Below, one piece after another: positions 27,803-35,883 of a DNA stretch of 64,000 nt. The DNA is from Rhodospirillales bacterium. Its GTDB lineage: Bacteria > Pseudomonadota > Alphaproteobacteria > Rhodospirillales > UBA2165. Every line of letters begins with the position of its first letter. The first letter of the stretch is position 1. Made by a program: the position numbers and the translations under genes. The notes beneath the pieces are model-generated. The model had not been told where the DNA came from, made no database searches, and worked only from the letters and a program-made list of their open reading frames with translations. Location: NCBI GenBank assembly GCA_022822205.1, contig JAJECC010000099.1, positions 15,885-79,884 of the forward strand. The letters are read 5' to 3'.

Positions 27803-29146
27803 CTATTTGCCCGCAACCGTCATGCCATCGATGCGCAGCGTCGGCGCATCGATCCCATAGCGGAAGGTCAGGTCGTCCGCCGGGGTGAGCCGTTGGAACA
27901 TATCCTTCAGGTTGCCGGCGATGGTGATTTCGCTCACCGGGTAGGCGATTTCGCCGTTTTCGATCCAGTACCCGGCCGCGCCGCGGCTGTAATCGCCGGT
28001 GAGGCCATTGACCCCGAAACCGATCAGTTCGGTGGCGTAGAAGCCGCTCTTGATGCCGCTCATCAGCTCGGCGGGCGAAGCCCGGCCCGCTTCCAGATAG
28101 AGATTGGTGGCGGATGGCGATGGCGGCCCGCCGGTGCCGCGGGACGCATGACCGGTGGTTTCCAGCCCCAACTGCCGGGATGACCGGAGATCGAGGAACC
28201 AGGTGGTGAGCACCCCGTTTTCGATCACCGCCCGGCGGGTATTGGCGACGCCCTCGCCGTCGAAGGGCTTGGACCGCAAACCCCGCCGGCGGTGCGGATC
28301 GTCGATGATGTTGATGCCCGTTCCGAACACCGCCTCTCCCATACTGTCCTTGAGGAAGCTGGTGTCACGGGCGATGGCGGAGCCGTTAACCGCCTGCGCC
28401 AGGTGCCCGACCATGGACCGCGAGATGCGGGGATCGAACACGATCGGGACCTCGGCGGTTTCGGCCTTGCGGGGGTTGAGGCGTTTCACCGCCTTCTCGC
28501 CGGCGATGCGCCCCACCTCGGCCGGCGGGGTCAAATCCTCGGCATAGACGGCCCCGGAATAGTCGTAGTCGCGCTCCATCCCCGTGCCTTCGCCGGCCAG
28601 CACCGAGGCGCTCACCGAGAAATGGGTGCCCGAATAGGCCCGGGCAAACCCATTGGAGGCGGCGACGGCGATGGCCGCCCGGCCCCAACCGGCTTCGGCG
28701 CCCTCCGAATTGGTGACGCCCTCGACGGCCCGCGCCGCTTCTTCCGCTTCGCTCGCCCAGCCGACCAGGGTCTCGGTGGCCGGTTCCCCGGGGTCGGCCA
28801 TGTCGAGGGCCGGCGGGTCGGCCGCCAATTGATCGGGATCGGCCAATCCGCAAAAGGGATCTTCGGGCACGTTCCTGGCCATGGCGACGGCGCGCACCGC
28901 CAGTTCGTCCAGCGCTTCCGCGCTCATGTCGGAAGACGAGACGATGGCTTGGCGCTTGCCGGCGAACACTCGAAGCCCGATATCGGCGTTTTCGGAGCGC
29001 TCCAGTTTTTCCGGATTGCCGAGCCGCTGGGCGACGGACAGCGAGATGCTCTCCACATGGACGGCATCCGCCGCATCGGCGCCCTCGGCCTTGGCCTTGT
29101 CGATCAGATCGCTGAGCTTGTTCAGGTGGTCGGCGGGATCGGCCAT
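27803..29146 (-). CDS. pmbA: PmbA (TldE) metalloprotease partner
   Basis: 447 aa of the TldD/PmbA family. It lacks the HExxxGH motif found in the paralogue at 44743. Confidence 0.8.
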   Translation of the reverse strand: MADPADHLNKLSDLIDKAKAEGADAADAVHVESISLSVAQRLGNPEKLERSENADIGLRVFAGKRQAIVSSSDMSAEALDELAVRAVAMARNVPEDPFCGLADPDQLAADPPALDMADPGEPATETLVGWASEAEEAARAVEGVTNSEGAEAGWGRAAIAVAASNGFARAYSGTHFSVSASVLAGEGTGMERDYDYSGAVYAEDLTPPAEVGRIAGEKAVKRLNPRKAETAEVPIVFDPRISRSMVGHLAQAVNGSAIARDTSFLKDSMGEAVFGTGINIIDDPHRRRGLRSKPFDGEGVANTRRAVIENGVLTTWFLDLRSSRQLGLETTGHASRGTGGPPSPSATNLYLEAGRASPAELMSGIKSGFYATELIGFGVNGLTGDYSRGAAGYWIENGEIAYPVSEITIAGNLKDMFQRLTPADDLTFRYGIDAPTLRIDGMTVAGK

Positions 29147-29166
29147 TCTTCGTTTCCCGGTTCAGA

Positions 29167-30669
29167 TTATTTCCAAATGGGCTTGCCGCTGCCCGGCAGT
29201 CCCAGCGTGTCCCACATCCCGGACACCCGATCAATCACCTCGTCGGACATGCGGATCTTTCGGCCCCAGTCCCGGCTCGTTTCGGACGGCCATTTGTTGG
29301 TGGCGTCGAGCCCCATCTTGCCGCCAAGACCGGAGACCGGCGAGGCGAAGTCGAGATAATCGATGGGGGTCCGGTCGATGAGGGTGACGTCGTGCACCGG
29401 GTCCATGCGGGTCGAGATCGCCCAGATTACGTCCTTCCAGTCCCGGGCGTCGATATCGTCATCCACCACGATCACCATCTTGGTGTAGAGGAACTGCCGG
29501 AGGTAGGACCAGACGGCCATCATCACCCGCTTGGCGTGGCCCGGATAGGCCTTCTTGATGGAGACGACGGCGACCCGATAGGAGCACCCCTCGGGCGGCA
29601 GCCAGAAATCGGCGATTTCCGGAAACTGTTGGGTCAGCAGCGGGATGAACAACTCGTTCAGCGCTTCGCCGAGGACGCTCGGTTCGTCCGGCGGCCGGCC
29701 GGTGTAGGTGGAGAGATAGATCGGGTCCCGGCGCATGGTGATGGCCGAGATCCTGAATACGGGAAATTTTTCGACCGCGTTGTAGTAGCCCGTGTGATCG
29801 CCGTAGGGCCCTTCGTCGCCGTACTCGGTGAGCGAGACGTGGCCTTCGAGAACGATCTCGGCCTCCGCCGGGACCTTGAGGGGCACCGTCTTGCAGTTCA
29901 CCAGTTCGACCTTTTCGTTCCGGAGCAGCCCGGCGAACTGATATTCGGACAGGGTGTCCGGCACCGGGGCGACGGCGGCGAGGATGGTGGCCGGATCGGC
30001 GCCGATGACCGCGGCGGCCGGCATTTCGGTCCCGCCTTCCGCATCGGCGTGGTGTTGGGCGCCGCCCCGATGTTTGAGCCACCGCATCAGCGTGGTGTCC
30101 CTGCCGGTCACCTGCAGGCGGTAGACGCCCAGATTGAAATCGTCGTCGCTGTCGGAGCCGGGCGCCCGGGTGACGACCGCCGGCCAGGTGATCAGGGGCG
30201 CGGGCTCGCCGGGCCAGCAGCTCTGGATGGGCAGCCTGCCGAGGTCGATGTCGCCGCCCTGCAGGACAACCTCCTGACAGGCGCCGCCCGACACCGTCCT
30301 GGGCTTCATGGCCATGGCGGTCTTCACCAGCGGCAGCATGTCGATGGCTTCGCGCCAGCCGCCGGGGGGCTCGGGCTGGCGCAGGAAGGCCAGGGTTTCA
30401 CCGAACGCGCGAAGGTTCCCGGGCTCCCGGCCCATGCCCCAGGCGACCCGCTCGACGGTGCCGAACAGATTGGCGAGCACCGGCATGGGGTATTTCCCGC
30501 CGCTCGCGCCGACGACGTTCTCGAACAGCACGGCGGGCCCGCCCTCGGCCATCAGGCGGGTCTGAATTTCGGTGATTTCGAACGCCGGCGACACGGGCGC
30601 GGAAACCCGGTTCAGCCGGCCCCCCCGCTCGAGACGGGCGATGAAATCCCTGAGGCTCTTGTACGCCAT
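29167..30669 (-). CDS. ubiD: UbiD-family decarboxylase (4-hydroxy-3-polyprenylbenzoate decarboxylase-like)
   Basis: Start at [14 protein letters not shown] (30667-30669), inside the longer track ORF. 500 aa with UbiD family features. Confidence 0.8.
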   Translation of the reverse strand: MAYKSLRDFIARLERGGRLNRVSAPVSPAFEITEIQTRLMAEGGPAVLFENVVGASGGKYPMPVLANLFGTVERVAWGMGREPGNLRAFGETLAFLRQPEPPGGWREAIDMLPLVKTAMAMKPRTVSGGACQEVVLQGGDIDLGRLPIQSCWPGEPAPLITWPAVVTRAPGSDSDDDFNLGVYRLQVTGRDTTLMRWLKHRGGAQHHADAEGGTEMPAAAVIGADPATILAAVAPVPDTLSEYQFAGLLRNEKVELVNCKTVPLKVPAEAEIVLEGHVSLTEYGDEGPYGDHTGYYNAVEKFPVFRISAITMRRDPIYLSTYTGRPPDEPSVLGEALNELFIPLLTQQFPEIADFWLPPEGCSYRVAVVSIKKAYPGHAKRVMMAVWSYLRQFLYTKMVIVVDDDIDARDWKDVIWAISTRMDPVHDVTLIDRTPIDYLDFASPVSGLGGKMGLDATNKWPSETSRDWGRKIRMSDEVIDRVSGMWDTLGLPGSGKPIWK

Positions 30670-30699
30670 GTACGTCTTCCCGGTTGCCGGCCGGACACG

Positions 30700-30752
30700 C
30701 TGCCCGCCGGCGGAGCCAACCACACTGCCCGTTGGCGGAGCCAACCACACTG
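30700..30752. repeat. 25-bp tandem direct repeat (2.1 copies)
   Basis: Unit 1 is CTGCCCGCCGGCGGAGCCAACCACA (30700-30724). Unit 2 is CTGCCCGTTGGCGGAGCCAACCACA (30725-30749). A partial third unit, CTG, follows. 23 of 25 positions are identical. The repeat lies in the ubiD/acd divergent intergenic region. Confidence 0.9.
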
Positions 30753-30828
30753 GAAGGCGAGCCTTTGGTCAAGGCAAACGTCCGGTTTCTCGCGGGAATT
30801 TGCACCCGGCGGGTGGAGGGTAGGGAAT

Positions 30829-32070
30829 ATGTCCGAGCGTCCAGTGGTTTACCCTTGGAGCGCCGAAAGGGTGCGCTTATTGAAGTCGCAAGCTTTCGCC
30901 GATACCCTGGATGCGGTCAAGAAAATGAACTTCGAGATTCCCCGCACCCTCTACGCCGAAGAGCATGAGATATTCCGGTCCAGCGTCGCCCGGTTTCTCA
31001 AGGAAGAGGTGCTGCCCGACTACGCGTCGTGGGAAGAGGCGGGGCGGACGCCGCCGGAGATCTGGCGCCGGGCCGGTGAGTTGGGACTGCTCGGCACCTC
31101 GATCCCCGAAGCCTACGGCGGCATGGGCGGCGATTTCCTCCATGACGCCATCGTCATCGAGGAATTGGGCCGTTATTCGGTGGCCGCGCCTGCGTGGGAT
31201 ATGCACGCCTACATCATCACGCCTTTTTTGATTGATCACGGCACCGAAGCGCAGAAGCGGGACTGGCTGCCCAAGATGGCGTCGGGCGAATTCATTTCGG
31301 CCATCGGCCTGACCGAGCCGGGCGGCGGCAGCGATTTGAAGGAGCTCAAGACGACGGCCAGGCCCGGCGGCAAGGGCTATGTCATCGACGGCGCCAAGAC
31401 CTTCATCACCAACGGCCACATCGCCAACCGCATCCTGCTGGCGGCCAAGACCGATCCGTCGCTGGGCGCCAAGGGGGTGTCCCTGTTCTGGGTCGACCTC
31501 GACGGCGACGGGGTGTCCCGCGGCCGCAACCTGCAAAAGATCGGCAACAAGGCCCAGGATACCGCCGAGCTGTTTTTCGACGGGGTGAAGGTGCCGGCGG
31601 ATGCGCGATTGGGCGGCGAAAACGACGGCTGGCGTATTCTCATGGATGGGCTGGTCCGGGAGCGTCTGGTGGTCGCGGTGCGCTCCATGGTGCTGGCCGA
31701 GGCCGCCATCGATCAGACCATCGCCTACACCAAGGAGCGCAAGGCCTTTGGCCAGACCGTGTTCGACTTTCAGAACACCCAATTCAAGCTGGCCGAGATG
31801 ATCGCCGAGGTGGAGGCCGCCCGGCCGTTCGCCGACAAATGCATCGAGGCTCACGTGGCGGGGCAGGTGAGCCCGCAATTGGCGGCCAAGGCCAAGCTGG
31901 TTACCACCGAATTGGCCGACCGGGTGCTGGATGATTGCCTGCAACTCCACGGCGGGTACGGCTACATGTGGGAGTTCCCCATCGCGAGGGCCTGGGCGGA
32001 CGCCCGGGTGCACCGGATCTACGCCGGCACCAACGAGGTGATGAAGTACATCATTTCCCGGGACCTGTAG
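30829..32070 (+). CDS. acyl-CoA dehydrogenase
   Basis: ATG 30829 (MSERPVVYPW...), inside the 892-aa track ORF. 413 aa with typical ACAD blocks (GLTEPGGGSDL, FITNG, C-terminal YAGTNEV). Confidence 0.85.
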   Translation: MSERPVVYPWSAERVRLLKSQAFADTLDAVKKMNFEIPRTLYAEEHEIFRSSVARFLKEEVLPDYASWEEAGRTPPEIWRRAGELGLLGTSIPEAYGGMGGDFLHDAIVIEELGRYSVAAPAWDMHAYIITPFLIDHGTEAQKRDWLPKMASGEFISAIGLTEPGGGSDLKELKTTARPGGKGYVIDGAKTFITNGHIANRILLAAKTDPSLGAKGVSLFWVDLDGDGVSRGRNLQKIGNKAQDTAELFFDGVKVPADARLGGENDGWRILMDGLVRERLVVAVRSMVLAEAAIDQTIAYTKERKAFGQTVFDFQNTQFKLAEMIAEVEAARPFADKCIEAHVAGQVSPQLAAKAKLVTTELADRVLDDCLQLHGGYGYMWEFPIARAWADARVHRIYAGTNEVMKYIISRDL

Positions 32071-32083
32071 GCCCGATGGCGCC

Positions 32084-33583
32084 ATGACCCCGCCGAATAC
32101 CATCGCTCATGTGATCGCCGAGGCCTGCCGCGACAAGGGAGCCGGCGAATTTCTTGCCGATCCGGTGGAACGGCTTTCCGGCGGCGAAGCGGGGCGGGAG
32201 AGTTCGTCGTTCGCCAATGCGCTGCTTGCGCGCGGGCTGGCGCCGGGGGATCGGGTGGCGCTTCTCGCCGGCAGCTCGGTGCGTCAGGCCGTGGCCTTCT
32301 TCGGCTGTCTCCGGGCCGGGATCATGCCCTGTTGCCTCCATGTCCGGGATACACCGGAACGGCTCCGGCGCACGGCCGGGTTCATCAACGCCAAGGCGAT
32401 CCTGTTCGACGGCGCTCATCGGGAACTCGCCGGACAAATCGCCGGGGCCCGCGCGCCGATCGGTCTCGACGAAGGTTCCTTGTATGAGGGGCCGCCGCCC
32501 GGCCTGCCCGACCGGTCGCCGGACGATCCGGCGCTGGTCCTGATGTCGTCCGGCACTACCGGGACGCCCAAATGCGTGATGCACACCCAGCGGACGCTCG
32601 CGGTCACCGCGGCCCAGGGACAGCACATCTATGGCGTCTCGTCCCCCGACGACAGCGCCATCGTCGTCATGGCGCCGTCCTTCGCGGCGTGGATTCACAC
32701 AGTGTTGCCGTTCGTCCGGATGCGGGGGCGGCTCTATTTTGACGGCCGGTTCGAGCCCCGCCGGTTCCTGAGCGCGCTGGCCGAGGAGAAGATCACCGTC
32801 GCGGCCCTGGTGCCCACCGCCTGGCGGATGGTGCTCGCCGGGAATCCCGAGGCGTTCGATCTGTCGCCGCTGCGAACGGCGTTCTATTCCGGCGAGCCCG
32901 GCTCCGCGTCCCTGGTCGAGGAACTGGCCCGTAATATCTGCCCCAACGTGATGACCGCCTATCTCGCCTCGGAGGGCGGCAACGGTGCGGGGGTGGCCGC
33001 CGGTATGGATATTTTAACGGAGATGCCGTCGGCGGCCGGCCGGCCGGTGCCGGGGGCGGCGCTTCGCATTGTTTCCCCGGAAGGCGCCGCCGGCCGGGCG
33101 CTGCCGGCGGGGGAGCCGGGAGAGATTTGCCTCCGGGGCGGTTCGCTGGCGGCCGGCTATCTTGATGATCCGGCACTGACGCAGGCGAAATTCGTCGACG
33201 GCTGGTGGCGGAGCGGCGACCTGGGCGTCGTCGACAATGCCGGCGTGCTCTCCATCCGGGGCCGGCTGGACAACCAGATCAATACCGGCGGGGTAAAGGT
33301 CGGCGCGGAGGAAATCGAGGCCGCGTTGATGCGCCACCCGTTGATCCGCCTCGCCGGCGTCGTCGGCGAGCCCGACCCGCAATGGGGGGAGCGCATAGAG
33401 GCGCACGTGGTTCTGGCGGCGGATTGCGGCGAGGAAACACTTCTCCGGGAGATCGAAGCGGACGGATTGCTGCCCCGGCACCTGTTGCCCAAGGCCATCC
33501 ACATACGCGCGGACCTGCCGACGGGACCGACCGGCAAACTCTATCGCCGGGGGCTCCGATCCGACGCGGAATCGGAGGTCTAA
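32084..33583 (+). CDS. AMP-dependent acyl-CoA synthetase/ligase
   Basis: 499 aa. AMP-binding motif MSSGTTGTPK. Also WRSGDLG and the C-terminal GPTGKLYRR. Confidence 0.85.
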   Translation: MTPPNTIAHVIAEACRDKGAGEFLADPVERLSGGEAGRESSSFANALLARGLAPGDRVALLAGSSVRQAVAFFGCLRAGIMPCCLHVRDTPERLRRTAGFINAKAILFDGAHRELAGQIAGARAPIGLDEGSLYEGPPPGLPDRSPDDPALVLMSSGTTGTPKCVMHTQRTLAVTAAQGQHIYGVSSPDDSAIVVMAPSFAAWIHTVLPFVRMRGRLYFDGRFEPRRFLSALAEEKITVAALVPTAWRMVLAGNPEAFDLSPLRTAFYSGEPGSASLVEELARNICPNVMTAYLASEGGNGAGVAAGMDILTEMPSAAGRPVPGAALRIVSPEGAAGRALPAGEPGEICLRGGSLAAGYLDDPALTQAKFVDGWWRSGDLGVVDNAGVLSIRGRLDNQINTGGVKVGAEEIEAALMRHPLIRLAGVVGEPDPQWGERIEAHVVLAADCGEETLLREIEADGLLPRHLLPKAIHIRADLPTGPTGKLYRRGLRSDAESEV

Positions 33584-33608
33584 ATCGCCCTGGTGCAGCG
33601 CAAAATGG

Positions 33609-33740
33609 TTATCCACCGGCTGCGGGCCGAAAAAAATATACTTCTCCCCAGGTTCCACAGGGGTGTGGATAGAAAAGGGGTTGTTCGTCAAACCAACACC
33701 GCGTTAGCCTAAAGACGGATCAAGAAGCGGCTGTGGATCG
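33609..33740. promoter_or_regulatory. cluster of DnaA-box-like motifs in a non-coding gap
   Basis: TTATCCACC at 33609-33617, TGTGGATAG at 33664-33672, TGTGGATCG at 33732-33740, and a weaker GGTTCCACA at 33651-33659. An A7-TATA tract lies at 33631-33640. Confidence 0.4.
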
Positions 33741-33854
33741 CGAGTGAAGCGGAAGCGGAAGGGTCCGATCAGAGTTCCCCAGGGATCTCTTCGGAGATGA
33801 CAGAGGATATCTGATTAGGAGCGGCCTCGCCGGGCGACCGGCGGGGCCGTTCTG

Positions 33855-34646
33855 CTATTCGACGACGCGCCGATAGAGATGCCAGGTGGCGTGGCCGAGG
33901 ACCGGGAACACGATCACCAGCCCGGCGAGGGCCGGCAGGGTGCCGAGCAACAGCGCCATCGCGACGACAAACCCCCAGACCGCCATGACCACCGGGTTGT
34001 GAACCACCACGTCGACCGAAACCATGATCGCCGTGCCGGTCGTCACGTGGCGGTCGATGATCAGCGGAAACGACACCACGCTGATGGCCAGGGCGATCAT
34101 CGCGAACAGAAGGCCGATGCCGTTGCCGAACACGATCAGCACCCAGCCCGGACCGGTGGTCAGAATCTCGGCCGCGAACTCACCGAAGGTCGGCGGCGCC
34201 GGAAAGCCGAGGGTCGCCTGGTAAATGGTCATCGCCACCGAGAGCCAGAAGCCGAACAAAATCGTCAGGATCACCCCCAGGGTAACCAGCGAACCCACCG
34301 CCTTGTGGCGAAAGATGTTGAACGCCTGACGAAAGGTGATGTTCTGGCCCATCTCCCGCCGCCGGCTCAATTCGTAGAGCCCCAAGGCCAGGAATGGCCC
34401 GAGGAGCGCAAACCCGGTGAGGATCGGAAACACCAACGGGATCAGCCGCTGGTCGGTACCCACCCAAAAGGCGATGAGCATAATCAGCGGGATAAGGAAG
34501 ATGATGAATATGGCGTGAGTAGGGCGTGCGTTGAAGTCTGCGAGGCCCTTGATGACCGACTGGCGCAGGTCCTCGAGGCTTATGGTGCGGACCCGGTACG
34601 AGACCGACGCCGAGGCCGCATCCGAAAGAGCGGTGTCCTCTGCCAT
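33855..34646 (-). CDS. DUF2189-like integral membrane protein
   Basis: 263 aa with about 6 TM segments. The N-terminal cytoplasmic segment and overall pattern resemble DUF2189 as I recall it. Confidence 0.5.
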   Translation of the reverse strand: MAEDTALSDAASASVSYRVRTISLEDLRQSVIKGLADFNARPTHAIFIIFLIPLIMLIAFWVGTDQRLIPLVFPILTGFALLGPFLALGLYELSRRREMGQNITFRQAFNIFRHKAVGSLVTLGVILTILFGFWLSVAMTIYQATLGFPAPPTFGEFAAEILTTGPGWVLIVFGNGIGLLFAMIALAISVVSFPLIIDRHVTTGTAIMVSVDVVVHNPVVMAVWGFVVAMALLLGTLPALAGLVIVFPVLGHATWHLYRRVVE

Positions 34647-34752
34647 GACATGCTCAGTATAGAACAGGCCGGATCAAAAGTCATTCTTGAGCCGAAAGGA
34701 AAGGGCGGCCCCCGGGAGCCGCCCTTTTGATGCTCAGGTTTTTTTGCCCGGC

Positions 34753-35796
34753 TTACTTGGCGAAGCCCATGGACTTGGCGGCGGCCGCATAAATCGGCTT
34801 CGGCACCGCCAGCACCCGCTTGATCAGACCTTCAAGCTCTTCACCGGTCATCGGGTTGACCGGCAGCTTGGCCTTTTTCATGTCGGCGAGGAAGGCTTCG
34901 TCCTTCATGGTCGCCTGGAAGGCGCGGCGCAACAGCGCCAACCGTTCGGCGGGAACGCCGTCCGGCACGAAGTAGGACCGTCCGAAGGTCGAGCCGATGG
35001 CGATCACCTCGAAAATGCCCTTCTGGGTGTCGCCCTTGGCAAGCTCGAGAAAGGTCGGCGTGTCGGGCAGGGCAGGGTCCCGCTTCAGGCCGTCCTGGAC
35101 GATCGGGAACAGCTTGCTCTCGGCGATGTACTGGGGCGAACGGGTCAAGACGCTGAGCCACGACGCGCCGCGGCCCTCGGTCTCCTTCTGCTCCATGGCC
35201 TTGTTGAGGCCGCCAATGCCGTTATAGCCGGTGATCATCTTGAACTTGGTGCCGAAATAGGCGTTCAGCAGGCTCGGATAGATGTAGGTCGGCGAGGACT
35301 TGCCCGTCGCGCCGATCTTGATTTCCTTGCCCTTGGCTTCCTTGATGCTCTTGGCGCCCGCGGTGTGCCACAGGGCCACCATATTGACGATCGGAGAGAC
35401 GTTGCCGATCCAGCCCCACTTGGTCGCGTCATACCGGCCCGCACCCGGACGGAGGAACTGGCTGACCGGGATCGATTGCTGGGTGATGCCCATCACCGTG
35501 CCGTCTTTCGGCACCGCGTTGTGGATGAAATTGGCCGCGACCATGCCGCCCGACGATCCGCCCTTGATTTGCAGGACGATCTTCGGGTTGCCTGGAATGT
35601 GTTTGCCCATGTGGTTGGCGAGCAGACGGGAATAAGCGGCGTAGGTGCCGCGGTTGGACGCGCCGACCACCAGGGTGATCTGCTTGCCGGCGTAGAAGCC
35701 TTGCGCGGACGCGGGTTGAACCGTGACGCCGAACGCGCCAAACGCCATGAGTCCCGCAACCGCTACTAGGCAGAGTGTGGTCAGATACTTCATCAA
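34753..35796 (-). CDS. tctC: tripartite tricarboxylate transporter substrate-binding protein (TctC/Bug family)
   Basis: 347 aa with a signal peptide. Bug-family length and pattern. It lies directly downstream of the TctA-type gene. Confidence 0.8.
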   Translation of the reverse strand: MMKYLTTLCLVAVAGLMAFGAFGVTVQPASAQGFYAGKQITLVVGASNRGTYAAYSRLLANHMGKHIPGNPKIVLQIKGGSSGGMVAANFIHNAVPKDGTVMGITQQSIPVSQFLRPGAGRYDATKWGWIGNVSPIVNMVALWHTAGAKSIKEAKGKEIKIGATGKSSPTYIYPSLLNAYFGTKFKMITGYNGIGGLNKAMEQKETEGRGASWLSVLTRSPQYIAESKLFPIVQDGLKRDPALPDTPTFLELAKGDTQKGIFEVIAIGSTFGRSYFVPDGVPAERLALLRRAFQATMKDEAFLADMKKAKLPVNPMTGEELEGLIKRVLAVPKPIYAAAAKSMGFAK

Positions 35797-35883
35797 GTGC
35801 CTCTCCAGTCTGTCTTCTCAATTAAACGGATCGTGATCATTAATCGTAGGGACGCGGTCGAACTTATCCAAGCGGAATCGGAC

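Noticed and set aside
30700-30752. CRISPR-like repeat
   Set aside because: There are only two directly abutting units with no spacers and no cas genes. It is a simple tandem duplication.
29392-30828. N-terminal 479-aa extension of the acyl-CoA dehydrogenase ORF (892 aa in the track)
   Set aside because: The extension is antisense to ubiD and of low complexity. ACAD homology begins at MSERPVVYPW (ATG 30829).
33584-33854. Chromosomal origin of replication (oriC)
   Set aside because: DnaA-box-like motifs are present. However, there is no dnaA, hemE, parAB or gidAB context, only one short A/T tract, and the site lies between convergent genes. I keep it as a possible DnaA-binding or sRNA locus, not as an oriC call.
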